Program-made: the position numbers and the translations under genes | Shown here: piece by piece, positions 18,443 to 28,303 of the stretch | Layout of the letters: each line of letters begins with the position of its first letter | How positions within the stretch are numbered: the first letter of the stretch is position 1 | Assembly (NCBI GenBank): GCA_016235455.1 | Contig: JACRKZ010000166.1 | Location: 845 to 64,844, forward strand | Direction: 5' to 3' | Length of the DNA stretch: 64,000 nucleotides | Origin: Armatimonadota bacterium | GTDB taxonomy: Bacteria > Armatimonadota > UBA10988 | The notes under the pieces: generated by a model | What the model was told of the DNA's origin: nothing | Databases searched by the model: none | What the model saw: only the letters and a program-made list of their open reading frames with translations

Positions 18443-20002
18443 TCACGGCTTGACCCGAATGCCCACATCATCCACCCACGCCGCTCCGCCGCGCGCGACG
18501 ACCTCCAGGTCGATCTTGGCCGCCTCGGCCTCGGCCCAGGTCAGCGCCCTGGCCACACGCGTCCACTCGGTGCCGGCGGTGGCACCGATCTCGAGGTAGC
18601 GGCCCAGCCAGCGGCCGTCGTCGCCAAACAGCGCGCACTTGAGCTCGGCGCTCGCGCCCGGCGCGCAGCGGATCCAGGCCCACACCTCCACCGTCGCGCC
18701 GACCTTGACCGGCACCGGCGTCGCCGACTTCAGGTTGGGCTCCGGCGCGTCGAGCTTGACCGATCGGCGCCCACCGTGGGGGCCAGTCTCGTCGAACACG
18801 ACGTCGCCGCCGCCGTAGTTGACCCAGCCCCAGCGTCGCTCGAAGCCCGGGTTGTAGAGCAGGTTGCCGTCTTGGGCAGCCAGGTCGGCGGCGGTGAACA
18901 CCGGGATGTCGTCGTACACCGGCACACTGACGCCCAGCGAGTGCGGCGTCGGGTCGACGTGGTTGGGGCTGTCGGGGCAGAAGGCGTCGCGCAGTGCGTC
19001 GAGGTAGCCGAAGCCGTGCTGCTCAGTTGGCTCCAGGTAGCTGCCTTCGCCAAACTCGTTCCAGCACTCGGCGATGACGGCATTCACCTCCGGGTCGACA
19101 TAGCGCTTGGCCGCCTCGCACATGGCGCGGAACTTCTCGGGCCGGGCGCCGGTGCGCACCATGGCCTTGTCGCCATACCACGGCCGCGAGTCCCAGCCGG
19201 GCGAGACCGGCGGGATGAACGGCAGCACGCCTTCGTCGCGCGCCTGCCGCCACATCGTCTCGTAGCCGCTGACCATGGTGTCATACGGCGCCTGCCGGGC
19301 GCCGGGCGGCAGGTTGATGCTGGCGTAGTTGTAGGCCGAGCAGGCGCTGTAGCCGGCGGCCTTGAGCGACTTCTGGTCGTGCTGGGCCAGCGCCACCAGG
19401 AACAGCCGGGTGCCGGCCTCGGCTTCCATGCGGCGGATGAGCGCGGCGCAGCCCTCGACGCCGAAGCGCTCGATGAGCCGCCGCGGCTGGGACACCCAGA
19501 CCACCGCGCCGTCCTTGATCTTCAGGTAGTTGGGCTGGCCAAGGTAGCGCTCGCGCCAGACGCGCGCCATGCGCAGCATCTGCTCCTCGGTATAGTCGAC
19601 CGGGCCGGCCTCCTCGTTGCACCAGAAGACGCCGAAGCGCATCTGGTCGCGGTAGCGGGCGCGCAGGAAGCCCTGATCCAGCGCGCTGTTGTGGATGCTG
19701 ACCTGGCCGGACCGGTAGTCGTAGTACCAGTCGAAGGCGAAGAAGTCGATGCCGTGCTCGACCGCCCATTTGATATGCCAGTCGGCCACCTCGGGCTCGC
19801 CGTCGCGATACCAGCCGAGCACGGGCACCGGCCAGCCGTTCTGCGCCATGGGCACCCAGCGGGCGGCGTTGAAGTGGCCGGGGAAGTAGTAGCTGCCGAC
19901 GAGCAGCGGGCTGGCGGCGGGTTGCGGCGTCGGCGGCAAATCGGTCTGGCCAACCCCGGCCAGGCCGAGCAGCGCGATCAACACCAGGGCCAGGCTGGTC
20001 AT
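18443..20002 (-). CDS. secreted glycoside-hydrolase-like protein (TIM-barrel, 'DFFAFDWYYDY') with C-terminal CBM4/9-like domain
   Basis: Signal peptide 'MTSLALVLIALLGLAGV'. C-terminal 'GFERRWGWVNYGGGDVVFDE...VEVWAWIR' CBM-like. Confidence 0.55.
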   Translation of the reverse strand: MTSLALVLIALLGLAGVGQTDLPPTPQPAASPLLVGSYYFPGHFNAARWVPMAQNGWPVPVLGWYRDGEPEVADWHIKWAVEHGIDFFAFDWYYDYRSGQVSIHNSALDQGFLRARYRDQMRFGVFWCNEEAGPVDYTEEQMLRMARVWRERYLGQPNYLKIKDGAVVWVSQPRRLIERFGVEGCAALIRRMEAEAGTRLFLVALAQHDQKSLKAAGYSACSAYNYASINLPPGARQAPYDTMVSGYETMWRQARDEGVLPFIPPVSPGWDSRPWYGDKAMVRTGARPEKFRAMCEAAKRYVDPEVNAVIAECWNEFGEGSYLEPTEQHGFGYLDALRDAFCPDSPNHVDPTPHSLGVSVPVYDDIPVFTAADLAAQDGNLLYNPGFERRWGWVNYGGGDVVFDETGPHGGRRSVKLDAPEPNLKSATPVPVKVGATVEVWAWIRCAPGASAELKCALFGDDGRWLGRYLEIGATAGTEWTRVARALTWAEAEAAKIDLEVVARGGAAWVDDVGIRVKP

Positions 20003-20011
20003 GGGCGGCTC

Positions 20012-21697
20012 CTAGCGCGCGGAGAAGGGCTTGGTCTCAGTCACTGTGAAGGTGTGGGAGTCGTTGCCAATGTCCCTTGCGCCAGCGGGCAGATCGGTCA
20101 CTTCGTTGGCTTCCAGCGTGGCGGCACCGACGGCTTTGTCGTCGATGTGGATGGCTTCCTGGCCGGGCGCCTGGATGCGGTTGCGGCGGATCAGCGCGGT
20201 CTGGGGGTGGCCGCCGGTGAAGTGGATGCCGCGGAACAGCGCGCCGGCGATGGTGTTGTCCGCCAGCGTCAGGTTGTCGACCCCGGTCGACCCCGCATAC
20301 AGCCACATCGCGCCACGCCGCTGCCCGGCGAAGTTGCTGCCACCACGCAGGATGCGGTTGTCGCGTATGACGGTGTCGGACAGTGGGTGCATGGGGTAGG
20401 CGCCCGGCAGGTTCACCGTGAACGGCGACATGTAGCCGTCGGCGAAGGTGTTGCGCTCCACCAGATGGCCGCGGCCGCCGGCGATGTCGCAACCATGGCC
20501 CCACCACGGGGCGACCACGGTGTTGAGCGTCACCGTCACGCGCTCGGTGAGGTTGGGCGAGGAAGCGTTGGACAGCACGGCAATGCCATCGTCGCCTGTG
20601 CCGCGCACATGGCAGCCGGCGACCAGCGTGTCGCGTGTGGTCAGGTTCTTGCCGTTGTTGACGTTGATGCCATCGGCATACGTCTGGCGCACCCGGCAGT
20701 CGCGGATGGTGCCGCGTTCGCCGGCGATCCAGAAGCCGCAGTGGACATGCGTCATCCAGACCCTCTCGACCACATAGTCGTTGGCCAGGCCGATGAAGGC
20801 GCTGGCGGTGTCGCCACGGCGGGTACAGTCGAGCGCCTCGATGGTCAGGTCGCGCACCTGCGGGCCGTTGCCTTTGAGGGCGAACCCGCCGTAGCCGCCG
20901 AACGGGCCTCTGGCCGCCGGGGCGGTGAGCAGCAGCTTGGTGTGCCACATGCCGGCGCCGTCGACCTTCACGCTGTCGAGCGTGACGCGGCGCAGGTTGA
21001 GCCAGGTGCCCGGCGGCAGCCAGACGCTCTTGCCCTCAGCCTTGGCCTGCTCCACACAGCGCTCCAACGCCTTGGTGTCGGCCTCCGCATCCCTGCCAGT
21101 GGCGCCGAAGTCGGTGATGGATAGCGAGCCCGCGGGCTGCGCCAAGGGCGCGCCGAAGGGTTCGGGCTCGACGAGATCGATGCGGTAGTAGGCGGCAGTG
21201 TCCTCGGCGTCGCGGCGCAGTGCCAGCTTGTCGCCGCGCGCTAGCGGGGTGTCGAGCCGGTAGGCGGTCTCGTCCCAGAAGACGTGCGGCCAGGCGCTCG
21301 GCGTGTTGCTTTGGCCGTTCTCGGCCGGCTTTCCCTCGCCATAGAGCCAGTTGTACCGCGAGTTGAGCGTCAGCGTCTGGCGTCGCTGGCCATTCACGTA
21401 CAGGCCGAGCGTGGCGCTTTGGCCACCGCCCTCGGGGGCGTCGGGGATGCAGTGGCGGATGACCAGGCCCTGGGCCGGTGCGCCAACGGCGAACTCGACG
21501 CTCTGCCCGGTCTGGCTCAGCTCCACATAGCCACGACCGGCGGCCTCGATCTCGGGGGTGATCTGGTTGGGCTTGGGCAGGCCGACGAGGCGGACGACGC
21601 GGCCGTTGGTCGGTGCGTCCTCGGCCTCGAACGTGAAGGTGGATGGCGTTCGGATAGGCGCGGCAAAGACGGTCAGCAGAGCGAATATCGACAGCAC
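20012..21697 (-). CDS. secreted right-handed parallel beta-helix protein (pectate-lyase-fold glycanase) with N-terminal beta-sandwich domain
   Basis: ORF 20012..21778. GTG start 21697 after GGAG gives the signal peptide 'MLSIFALLTVFAAP'. Beta-helix repeats 'GINVNNGKNLT', 'GTGDDGIAV', 'HGCDIAGG'. Confidence 0.6.
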   Translation of the reverse strand: MLSIFALLTVFAAPIRTPSTFTFEAEDAPTNGRVVRLVGLPKPNQITPEIEAAGRGYVELSQTGQSVEFAVGAPAQGLVIRHCIPDAPEGGGQSATLGLYVNGQRRQTLTLNSRYNWLYGEGKPAENGQSNTPSAWPHVFWDETAYRLDTPLARGDKLALRRDAEDTAAYYRIDLVEPEPFGAPLAQPAGSLSITDFGATGRDAEADTKALERCVEQAKAEGKSVWLPPGTWLNLRRVTLDSVKVDGAGMWHTKLLLTAPAARGPFGGYGGFALKGNGPQVRDLTIEALDCTRRGDTASAFIGLANDYVVERVWMTHVHCGFWIAGERGTIRDCRVRQTYADGINVNNGKNLTTRDTLVAGCHVRGTGDDGIAVLSNASSPNLTERVTVTLNTVVAPWWGHGCDIAGGRGHLVERNTFADGYMSPFTVNLPGAYPMHPLSDTVIRDNRILRGGSNFAGQRRGAMWLYAGSTGVDNLTLADNTIAGALFRGIHFTGGHPQTALIRRNRIQAPGQEAIHIDDKAVGAATLEANEVTDLPAGARDIGNDSHTFTVTETKPFSAR

Positions 21698-21758
21698 GGG
21701 CAACTCCAAGGTTCTGGACCTGGAGTTGCCCGCGCCGCTGCGGAGTCCTGCCGTCAGC

Positions 21759-23240
21759 TCACCCGCACCACATTCCAACCACCGTCATCCGCCCACCATC
21801 GACGGTCGGCGCCGCCAGCGTGGTCGGCACCACCGTCGACTGCGCGTCGATCGTGTTCGTCGCCAGCAGGTCGTCATGCCGCAGCACCTCGTGGCTGGCC
21901 GTCGCGAACGCGCCGAACGAGCGCGCGTCGAGGTCGACCGCCAGCGGCTCAGTCAGGCTGCGGTTGACCGCGAACAGCGTCAGGCCGCCCTCGTCGTCGC
22001 GGACGACCGACAGGCCCAGCAGGTCGGCGCCGGCGCGCTCCTTGCAGTCGTACTTGGGGCTGTCGACCAGGGCCCGGAGCACCGTGCCGCGGCCGAGCGT
22101 GGAGGCTTGTTGCAGCGGCCAGAAGATGGGCTGGCGCCAGGCGGGGCCGCCTTTCTGGGTGAGGATGGGCGCGATGACGTTGACCACCTGGGCGATGCAG
22201 CCGATCTTCACGCGGTCGCAGTGGTTGAGCAGCGTGATCAACATGCCGCCGACCACCAGCGCGTCCTCCATGGTGTACTGGTCCTCGAGGATCGGCGGGG
22301 CCAGCTCCCAGTCCTTGATCTTGCGCTTCTCGCGGTCGTTGCTGCTGCGGAACCAGACGTTCCACTCGTCGAACGACAGCATGATGCGCTTGCGGCTGTG
22401 GCGCACGGCGGCCACGTGGTCGGCGGTGCAGACCACCTCGTCGATGAACTCGCCCATGGAATCGGGTTTGGCCAGGAAGCTGGGCGTGTCGCCCTCGCCG
22501 TTGCCGTAGTAGGTGTGGATGGAGACGTAGTCGACATGATCGAAGGTGTGGGTCAGCACCTCGCGTTCCCAGTCGCCGAACGTGGGCATGTGGCGGTGCG
22601 AGCTGCCGCAGGCGATCATTTCGATGCTCGGGTCGGTCCACTTCATCAGCTTAGCGGCCTCGCAGGCCACGCGGCCATACTCCGTGGCGGTCTTGTGGCC
22701 CATCTGCCAGGGGCCGTCGACCTCGTTGCCCAGGCACCACAGCTTCACCCCGTGCGGCTCGGCGTAGCCGTTGGCGCGGCGCAGGTCCGACAGTTCGCTG
22801 CCGCCGGGGTGGTTGCAGTACTCGACCAGCCGGCGCGCGTCCTCGGGTCCGCGGGTGCCCAGGTTGACCGCCAGCATCGGCGCGGTGCCGACCTTGCGAC
22901 ACCAGGCGGCGAACTCGTCGGTGCCGAACAGGTTGGGCTCGGTGCTCTTCCAGGCCAGGTCCAGCCGGCTCGGCCGCTGTTCGCGCGGGCCGATGCCGTC
23001 TTCCCACTGGTAGCCGGAGACGAAGTTGCCGCCGGGATACCGCATGACCGGCATGTCCAGCTCGCGCACCAGCGCCAGCACATCGCCGCGGAAGCCGTCG
23101 GCGTCGGCGGTGGGGTGGTCGGGCTCGTAGATGCCCTCGTAGATGCAGCGGCCCAGGTGCTCGGCGAAGCCACCGAACAGCCGCGGGTCGACGCGGTCGA
23201 TCACGAAGTCGCGGTCAACGGTCACCTTGGCGGTCAGCAT
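21759..23240 (-). CDS. abfA: alpha-L-arabinofuranosidase, GH51
   Basis: Start 'MLTAKVTVDRDFVIDRVDPRLFGGFAEHLGRCIYEGIYEP' matches the AbfA N-terminus. 'WCLGNEVDGPWQ' acid/base. Full-length ~493 aa. Confidence 0.85.
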   Translation of the reverse strand: MLTAKVTVDRDFVIDRVDPRLFGGFAEHLGRCIYEGIYEPDHPTADADGFRGDVLALVRELDMPVMRYPGGNFVSGYQWEDGIGPREQRPSRLDLAWKSTEPNLFGTDEFAAWCRKVGTAPMLAVNLGTRGPEDARRLVEYCNHPGGSELSDLRRANGYAEPHGVKLWCLGNEVDGPWQMGHKTATEYGRVACEAAKLMKWTDPSIEMIACGSSHRHMPTFGDWEREVLTHTFDHVDYVSIHTYYGNGEGDTPSFLAKPDSMGEFIDEVVCTADHVAAVRHSRKRIMLSFDEWNVWFRSSNDREKRKIKDWELAPPILEDQYTMEDALVVGGMLITLLNHCDRVKIGCIAQVVNVIAPILTQKGGPAWRQPIFWPLQQASTLGRGTVLRALVDSPKYDCKERAGADLLGLSVVRDDEGGLTLFAVNRSLTEPLAVDLDARSFGAFATASHEVLRHDDLLATNTIDAQSTVVPTTLAAPTVDGGRMTVVGMWCG

Positions 23241-23387
23241 GTCGGTCTCCCAGCGGCGGAGTATAGCGAATCGCGACCGACGTGGCGACGGGTTGAGCGG
23301 ATAGGTCAACTATTCGCTGCTCGCGCCGCCGATGCGGCCAAAGGGATGCAGCGACCGACACCGTATCTGCCTCTGGAGTAACCTGAG

Positions 23388-25247
23388 ATGGGCGGCGAGC
23401 GGAATGAAGAAGCGCGATGGCCGGGCGACCTGCGCCTCGCGGTCTGTGCGCTCGTGGCCTGGCTCTGGCTCTGGCTACGGGTCGACCCGAGCGGCATGTA
23501 TCACGGCTCGGGCCTGACTCTGCTGCCCACGTACAGCGTCGATCCCGTGTCCCGCGCGGGCCAGTTGGCGCTCATCGGCGGGCCGCTGGGTTACGCTTCG
23601 GCCTGGCTGGCGCAGTGGTTCGTCTGGCCAGCGGCGGGGGCGGGGCTGCTGACGCTCTGCGCACTGGCCGCGGCGTTGGCGGCCGATCGTGCCGCCACCT
23701 GCCTGGCCGGGAAGCGCGTGCCCGGTGTGCGCTACGTGCCGTGGCTGATGTTCCTGTTGGCCGATGGCCAGTACCTCTACCTGCTCGACTGGCAGGCGGG
23801 CTGGGCGGTGGCGCTGGGCGCCGCGGCCACCTACCTGTCATGGTCGCAGCCACGGCCGGCGGTGCGAGCCCTGGTCGGGCTGGCCGCGCTGGCGGCCCTG
23901 TACCGCCTGTTGGGCGGCGCGGCGCTGGTGGCGGTGCCGCTGGCCGCTGTCGGCGAGACGCGCTGGCGCGGGAGGCGTTGGGTGTCGGTAACCGCGGTCG
24001 TCGCGGGTCTGGCCATGCCGTGGGTGGCTTGCCGGCTCGGCTTCGACCAGGCGCCGGCCCAGGCCTACCGCAATCTGCTGCCACTCGCTGCCTTCAACGA
24101 CCAGTTCGGCATCGCCCGAGCCATCGGCTTGGGCATGTTGGCCTTCGGCGTGCTGGCCGGCGCGCTGGCGGTCAGCACCGCGACTCAAGCGCGGCGGGCA
24201 CCGCGGCCGGCGGTGGCTTGGGCTGGTGTCAGCGCCATGCTGCTGCTGGTGCTCGTCGGCTTTCGCGACGGGTCGCAGGCGGTGAGCCTCGATCTCTGCC
24301 GCCGGGCCGCGGACGGCGACTGGGCCGGGTTGCTGGCCTCCTCCCAGCGGTTGGAGCCGCTGACTCGGACCTGCTGGGAGGACGCCAACATTCTGCTGGC
24401 GCTGGCGCATACCGGGCAGGTGGGCGACCAGCTCCTCGCGCGCGGCGTGCGCACGCTGGCCTTCCTGCGCGACGCGCCCGTCTTCGGCGACCAGGTGGCG
24501 GTCACGCGCATGAGGGGCCAAGGCGGGCTTCAGTTGCGTGATCTGATGCTCGACCTCGGCCTGGTGAACCACGCCGAGCACGACAACGAGGAGGCGCTGG
24601 AGACTCAGGGCATCTACGCGCCGGTGGCGGTGTCGATGGCGCGCATCCAGGTGCTCCAGGGCCGGCCGGAGACCGCGCGTGTGCTGCTGCGCCTGGCCGC
24701 CGCGCAGCCGGGCGATCCGGCTGGCGCCGGTCGACTGCTGCACGCCCTGCGCGGCGACCCCAGCCTGGCGGGCGACCCCGCGCAGGTGGCGCTGAGTCAG
24801 AACCGGCTGCACACCGACCTGTACCGGGCCGCGCAGCTCCTGCCGGTGCTGGAGCAAGCGACGATCGAACACCCCGAGAACCGCCTCGCCTGGGAGTACC
24901 TGATGGCCGCCTGCCTGCTGTTCAATGAGGTGCCGCGGTTGGTGGCCGCGTTGCCTCGGATGACGGCCTATGGCCGCACGGCGCTGCCCCGGCACTGCGA
25001 GGAGGCTGTGCTCTGTCACGAACTGCTCACGGGCCGGCCGGCCGAACTGGGCCGCTGGTCGGTGCGGCCGGAGGCGCGGGCGCGGTTCGCTGCGTTCGGT
25101 CAGGCGCTCGGCGGCGCCGACAGCGTGGCGGACGCACTGTGGCAGCCGAACCACCCCAAGCCCAACGCGGCGCGCGTCTGGCAGGGGGCGTGGACCGATA
25201 CCTACTACTACTATCGCCTGTTTGGCATGTCGGGGGCGGTGCGATGA
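23388..25247 (+). CDS. polytopic integral membrane protein (>=10 TM) with C-terminal soluble helical domain; function unknown
   Basis: Hydrophobic helices throughout residues 20-300. Stop overlaps the next gene's start (ATGA). Confidence 0.5.
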   Translation: MGGERNEEARWPGDLRLAVCALVAWLWLWLRVDPSGMYHGSGLTLLPTYSVDPVSRAGQLALIGGPLGYASAWLAQWFVWPAAGAGLLTLCALAAALAADRAATCLAGKRVPGVRYVPWLMFLLADGQYLYLLDWQAGWAVALGAAATYLSWSQPRPAVRALVGLAALAALYRLLGGAALVAVPLAAVGETRWRGRRWVSVTAVVAGLAMPWVACRLGFDQAPAQAYRNLLPLAAFNDQFGIARAIGLGMLAFGVLAGALAVSTATQARRAPRPAVAWAGVSAMLLLVLVGFRDGSQAVSLDLCRRAADGDWAGLLASSQRLEPLTRTCWEDANILLALAHTGQVGDQLLARGVRTLAFLRDAPVFGDQVAVTRMRGQGGLQLRDLMLDLGLVNHAEHDNEEALETQGIYAPVAVSMARIQVLQGRPETARVLLRLAAAQPGDPAGAGRLLHALRGDPSLAGDPAQVALSQNRLHTDLYRAAQLLPVLEQATIEHPENRLAWEYLMAACLLFNEVPRLVAALPRMTAYGRTALPRHCEEAVLCHELLTGRPAELGRWSVRPEARARFAAFGQALGGADSVADALWQPNHPKPNAARVWQGAWTDTYYYYRLFGMSGAVR

Positions 25248-26761
25248 CCCGACGACGATGGCTGGTCCTGGCTGGCGTGGCCGTGGCACTGGCGGCGGCC
25301 ATCGCCACCCGCCTGCCGGGCCCGAGGCCCAGCGGTCAAGTGGCTCAGGAAGCTGCGGCGCCGCGGCTGTGGCCAGCGCTCGACGGCGTCGTGCTGCCGC
25401 CGAACATCGCGCCGCCCGGCCTGCGCATCGACGAGCCGGGCACAGCCTGGCACGTGCTGGTCAAGGGCGAGCGTGGCGCTGCGGTGCAGGCCTCGGGCAC
25501 GCGGCCCGGACTGAGCCTGCCCCTGCGCGGGTGGCGCCGCCTGCTGGCGGCCAATGCCGGCGGCCAGTTGGCGCTGGTCGTCAGCGCGCGCCGGGCGGCA
25601 GGCGGCTGGACGCGGTACGCGCCGGTGGCGCTGAGCGTGGCTCGCGAGCCGATCGACCGTTACCTGGTCTACCGCATGTTGCCGCCGGCCTACAGCCTGG
25701 TCTCCGATACGGGTATCTACGAGCGCGACCTGACCAGCTACCGGCAGCGTCTGGTGGTCCACGGTCGCCAGGTGAACGGCTGCGTCAACTGCCACACGTT
25801 CTGGCAGGGCTCGGGCCGGCGCTTCACGCTGGGCACCCGCAGCGACACCTGGGGCAACCGGACGCTGCTGGCCAACGGCGGCAAAGTGGTCTCGCTCGCG
25901 CAGCCTGTGGGCTTCGGCACGTGGCACCCCGACGGCAAGATGGTGACCTTCTCGGCCAACAAGGTGGTGCAGTTCTTCCACACGGCCGGCAACGAGACGC
26001 GTGAGGTGATGGACATGCACGGCGCGCTGGCCTGCTTCGACATCGCGCAACAGCGCTTCGTCAGCAGCCCCGAGCTGTCTCAGCCCGAATACCTGAACAG
26101 CTATCCGTGCTGGGCACCGGATGGCCGCACACTCTACTTCGTCCGCGCGCGCCGGCCGTGGGGGCCCGGTGAGCCCTATCCGCCGAAGCAGTATGACCAG
26201 GTGCGCTACGACCTGGCGCGCATCAGCTACGACCCGGCGACGAGCACCTGGGGCCATGTCGAGACGCTGCGTTCGGGCCGGGCGGCGGGCCGCAGCTTCG
26301 TCTTCCCGCGCGTCTCGCCCGATGGACGCTGGTTGCTCTACACATCGTGCGAGTTCGGCTGCTTCCCCGCCTTCAAGGCGTCAGCCGACCTGGGTCTGAT
26401 CGACCTGCGCACCGGACGCGACCAGCCGGTCGAGGTCAACAGTGACCGGTCGGAGAGCTGGCACACCTGGTCACGCAACGGTCGCTGGGTCGTGTTCTCC
26501 AGCAAGCGCGCCGACGGCCTGCTCACCAAGCTCTACCTGGCCTACTTCGATGCCGACGGCCGGATGCATCCGCCGTTGCTGCTGCCCCAACGCCGAGCCG
26601 ACTACTACGACCGGCTGTACCACAACTACAACGTGCCCGAGTTGGTCGAATCGCCGGTGGCGGCCTCCGCTGGTCAGCTCGGTCGGGCCGGTCGTGAGCC
26701 GACGCAGGTCAAGGCCAAACTGCCAGACGGTGTCGGACCCGCGGCAGTCACCGCGCAGTGA
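25244..26761 (+). CDS. secreted TolB/PD40-like beta-propeller protein carrying one CxxCH haem-c motif
   Basis: ORF 25139..26761, start 'MTRRRWLVLAGVAVALAAAIA'. 'GCVNCHTF' CxxCH. PD40 repeats 'WAPDGRTLYFV', 'SPDGRWLLYTS', 'WSRNGRWVVFSS'. Confidence 0.6.
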   Translation: MTRRRWLVLAGVAVALAAAIATRLPGPRPSGQVAQEAAAPRLWPALDGVVLPPNIAPPGLRIDEPGTAWHVLVKGERGAAVQASGTRPGLSLPLRGWRRLLAANAGGQLALVVSARRAAGGWTRYAPVALSVAREPIDRYLVYRMLPPAYSLVSDTGIYERDLTSYRQRLVVHGRQVNGCVNCHTFWQGSGRRFTLGTRSDTWGNRTLLANGGKVVSLAQPVGFGTWHPDGKMVTFSANKVVQFFHTAGNETREVMDMHGALACFDIAQQRFVSSPELSQPEYLNSYPCWAPDGRTLYFVRARRPWGPGEPYPPKQYDQVRYDLARISYDPATSTWGHVETLRSGRAAGRSFVFPRVSPDGRWLLYTSCEFGCFPAFKASADLGLIDLRTGRDQPVEVNSDRSESWHTWSRNGRWVVFSSKRADGLLTKLYLAYFDADGRMHPPLLLPQRRADYYDRLYHNYNVPELVESPVAASAGQLGRAGREPTQVKAKLPDGVGPAAVTAQ

Positions 26762-26879
26762 CCGCCGGCTTGGCGCCGCGGGTGGCGCTCCTGCCGGCAG
26801 GCGACCTCGGTAGGCGCGCGCCAGACGCCATGGAGAGTCGCCCTCGGCCGCCCTCCAGGGTGTCTGGCGCTAGCCGAGG

Positions 26880-28166
26880 CTACGGATACAGCGCCATCAA
26901 CGCATCCGCGAACAGCTTCATGCCGTGCGGATCCGGATGGTTGATGGCGTTGGACAGCAGCGTCGAGTAGGGGATGCCCTGGCGCCACAACCTGCCCCAG
27001 CGCAATGACGCGTCGGCCAGGGCGATGTTGTGCTTGGCGGCGAAGGCGCGCAGCCCGGCCACGTAGGGACGCGGGTCGGCATCGATGTCGCGTTCGCGGT
27101 CGAGCCCCATCCAGTCGCCGCGCACGTAGTGCGGCGTGATGATGATCCACTCGGCGCCGATGCCCTGGAAGTCTCCGAGCAGCTTGGTGTACTTGGTCTC
27201 CACCACCTCGGGCGTCATGTAAGCGTCGTTGACGAACTCGGAGACGATCAGGTCAGGCTTGCAGCCCAGCACCTTCTCGGCGTAGTTCCACTGGCTGCCG
27301 GCCGGCTCGCCCAGGAAGCTGTCGGTGTTGCGACCGCCCCAGCCCAGGTTGATCAGCTCGATGTTGGCCTTTGGGAAGCGCTCTTTGAGGCGCGTGACGA
27401 ACTGCGCCTGCCAGCGCTGCGTGGCCGGATTGGGCAGGTAGCCCGCGTCGGTGACGCTGTCGCCCCAGGCCAGAATGCGGATCTTCTCGCCCGACTGCAG
27501 CTTGGCCAGGCTCTTGGGCGTGAGCTTCTCGGCGATGCTCGGCGTGGGCTTGGCGGCCTCGGGGTAGGCCGCCTCGAGCACGGGCAGGATGCTGGCGGGC
27601 ACCAGCCTTTCGGCGCGGCCGGGCACCCAGATGTTGACCACGCGGGTTTCGCCCTCGCCCAGCGGTGTCTGCTGCGGCAGCGACTGGTGCGGCTGACCGA
27701 TGCGGTAGGCTGGCCGGCCGTCGCGGGCGATGACCACGCTGTCGATGCGGCCCATGCCATGACGGTAGCTCATCCACACCGGCTTGCCGTCGGGCCAGCC
27801 ATCGGCCAGGCGGCCCACGGTGCCCCAGTCCAGGTCGGCTTCGTAGTCCTTGCCCTTGACCAGCGCCGGCGCGTCGGGCGTTGGCCCACCGCGCAGCACG
27901 AGCGTGTCCGGGAACAGGTAGGTGCGCGCGGAGCACTCGTCGGACTTGATGCCGCGCAGCACGACGCCCTTGCACCAACCGCCGGCGCCAGGGTTGAAGA
28001 CTGGCAGCGAATCGTACTTCTCGCCGGTCACCACGGCGCCCGAGGCGACCGGCACGGTGTAGGTGTAGGTGGCCTCGCCCGCGACCACGCGGATGGACCA
28101 GTCACCCACGACTTCGACGTTGGGCGCGGCCAACAGGGCCAAGGCAGGCAGACAGAACAGCGTCAT
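26880..28166 (-). CDS. SGNH/GDSL-family hydrolase (carbohydrate esterase-like) with N-terminal beta-rich domain
   Basis: ORF 26880..28247, start at 'MTLFCLPALALLAAP'. 'ILAWGDSVTDAGY' (GDS block), 'GWGGRNTD'. Confidence 0.75.
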   Translation of the reverse strand: MTLFCLPALALLAAPNVEVVGDWSIRVVAGEATYTYTVPVASGAVVTGEKYDSLPVFNPGAGGWCKGVVLRGIKSDECSARTYLFPDTLVLRGGPTPDAPALVKGKDYEADLDWGTVGRLADGWPDGKPVWMSYRHGMGRIDSVVIARDGRPAYRIGQPHQSLPQQTPLGEGETRVVNIWVPGRAERLVPASILPVLEAAYPEAAKPTPSIAEKLTPKSLAKLQSGEKIRILAWGDSVTDAGYLPNPATQRWQAQFVTRLKERFPKANIELINLGWGGRNTDSFLGEPAGSQWNYAEKVLGCKPDLIVSEFVNDAYMTPEVVETKYTKLLGDFQGIGAEWIIITPHYVRGDWMGLDRERDIDADPRPYVAGLRAFAAKHNIALADASLRWGRLWRQGIPYSTLLSNAINHPDPHGMKLFADALMALYP

Positions 28167-28198
28167 CGTCGTCTCCCGAGTCGCGGAACCCGAGCAGC

Positions 28199-28278
28199 GC
28201 ACATCCGCAGATGACGCAGATGAACGCAGATGGTTCTGTGTTCTCATCTGCGCTTATCTGCGTCATCTGCGGATGTGC
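28199..28278. repeat. ~34-bp near-perfect inverted repeat with ~12-nt loop, arms containing 3x tandem CGCAGATGA
   Basis: Left arm 'gcacatccgcagatgacgcagatgaacgcagatgg', right arm 'tcatctgcgcttatctgcgtcatctgcggatgtgc', 2 mismatches. Locally low GC. Lies in the gap between two minus-strand genes. Confidence 0.6.
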
Positions 28279-28303
28279 TTCTCGCAGTGCACGGGGTGCA
28301 GGC

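Noticed and set aside
28201-28233. Tandem CGCAGATGA x3 considered as a CRISPR-like or VNTR array
   Set aside because: Only three 9-bp units, no spacers, and mirrored in the opposite arm of a hairpin. This is an inverted-repeat structural element, not a CRISPR array.
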